Assembly (NCBI GenBank): GCA_029239905.1
Contig: JARBUB010000002.1
Span: 1-52,417, forward strand
From: Clostridia bacterium
Lineage (GTDB): Bacteria; Bacillota; Clostridia; Lutisporales; Lutisporaceae
Direction: 5' to 3'
Length of the DNA: 52,417 nt
The notes under the pieces were generated by a model. The model did not search any database, was not told the DNA's origin, and worked only from the letters and a program-made list of their open reading frames with translations. The position numbers were made by a program, and so were the translations under genes. This document shows positions 52,245 through 52,417 of this stretch, piece after piece; the stretch's first letter is position 1; each line of letters begins with the position of its first letter.

Positions 52245-52274
52245 TAGACAACATGATACAGGCCATGATAAGAT
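52245..52274 (+). promoter_or_regulatory. candidate promoter P1 (TAGACA-18-TAAGAT)
   Basis: Read directly. It shares its -10 and downstream sequence with P2. Confidence 0.35.
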
Positions 52275-52292
52275 AAGATTCCGGTCAAGCGA
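52264..52292 (+). repeat. 29-bp direct repeat, copy 1 (CATGATAAGATAAGATTCCGGTCAAGCGA)
   Basis: Identical to 52386-52414. Confidence 0.85.
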
Positions 52293-52367
52293 CAAGCTAA
52301 CCGAAAAACATACGAGAAAGTGAAAACAGGATAATCTCAATTATATAAACGAATTTGAAATTAACTG

Positions 52368-52396
52368 TTGACATAATGTACGATGCATGATAAGAT
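52368..52396 (+). promoter_or_regulatory. candidate promoter P2 (TTGACA-17-TAAGAT)
   Basis: TTGACA at 52368-52373 and TAAGAT at 52391-52396. Confidence 0.5.
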
Positions 52397-52414
52397 AAGA
52401 TTCCGGTCAAGCGA
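52386..52414 (+). repeat. 29-bp direct repeat, copy 2
   Basis: Identical to 52264-52292, and it runs to the window edge. Confidence 0.85.
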
Positions 52415-52417
52415 TAA

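Noticed and set aside
52104-52340. 78-aa minus-strand ORF at the 3' end
   Set aside because: It overlaps the HD-GYP gene end and the predicted promoter repeats in antisense. It would run against the replichore orientation and has no SD.

Overview
AT-rich chromosomal replication-origin region of a Clostridium-like, endospore-forming Firmicute. Gene polarity switches at about 41.4-43.6 kb. To the left almost everything is on the minus strand: purA (partial), an FAD oxidoreductase, dnaB-type helicase, a sporulation-type Lon protease, rplI, gdpP, yybS, a gerA/gerB/gerC germinant-receptor operon, rpsR-ssb-rpsF, DUF951, MscS, yedF-like, cvpA, an orphan 7TMR-DISM histidine kinase, ykuS, DUF4446, a class V aminotransferase, parB-parA, noc-like, and rsmG-mnmG-mnmE-jag-yidC-yidD-rnpA. 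To the right everything is on the plus strand: dnaA-dnaN-yaaA-recF-remB-gyrB-gyrA and an HD-GYP protein. Three plus-strand islands lie in the left arm: a DUF2089/DUF4097 pair, yyaC plus the aroB-aroA-aroC-aroE shikimate cluster, and a single-domain UPF0016 gene. I found no rRNA or tRNA genes, CRISPR arrays, transposases, integrases, or recognisable defence or toxin modules. I do not see a convincing novel multi-gene system, so this reads as a core region. The items most worth a second look are non-coding or degenerate. (1) rpmH is reduced to its C-terminal 23 codons with no SD, although a consensus promoter and a terminator are retained. (2) A co-oriented DnaA-box cluster lies about 39 kb from oriC, downstream of dnaB. 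(3) Two perfect parS palindromes sit 85 bp apart just downstream of parB, one abutting the SD of the next gene. (4) The dnaA-dnaN spacer has a DnaA-trio-like (CTA)5 tract with a GC cluster and an AT-rich stretch, plus a perfect DnaA box touching the dnaN start codon. (5) A collapsed methyl-accepting chemotaxis protein relic lies between rpsR and the ger operon. (6) Tandem duplicated promoter/leader modules at the 3' edge probably announce an rRNA operon. Many ORF-track starts are upstream TTG/GTG extensions, and I re-picked starts where an SD supports it.
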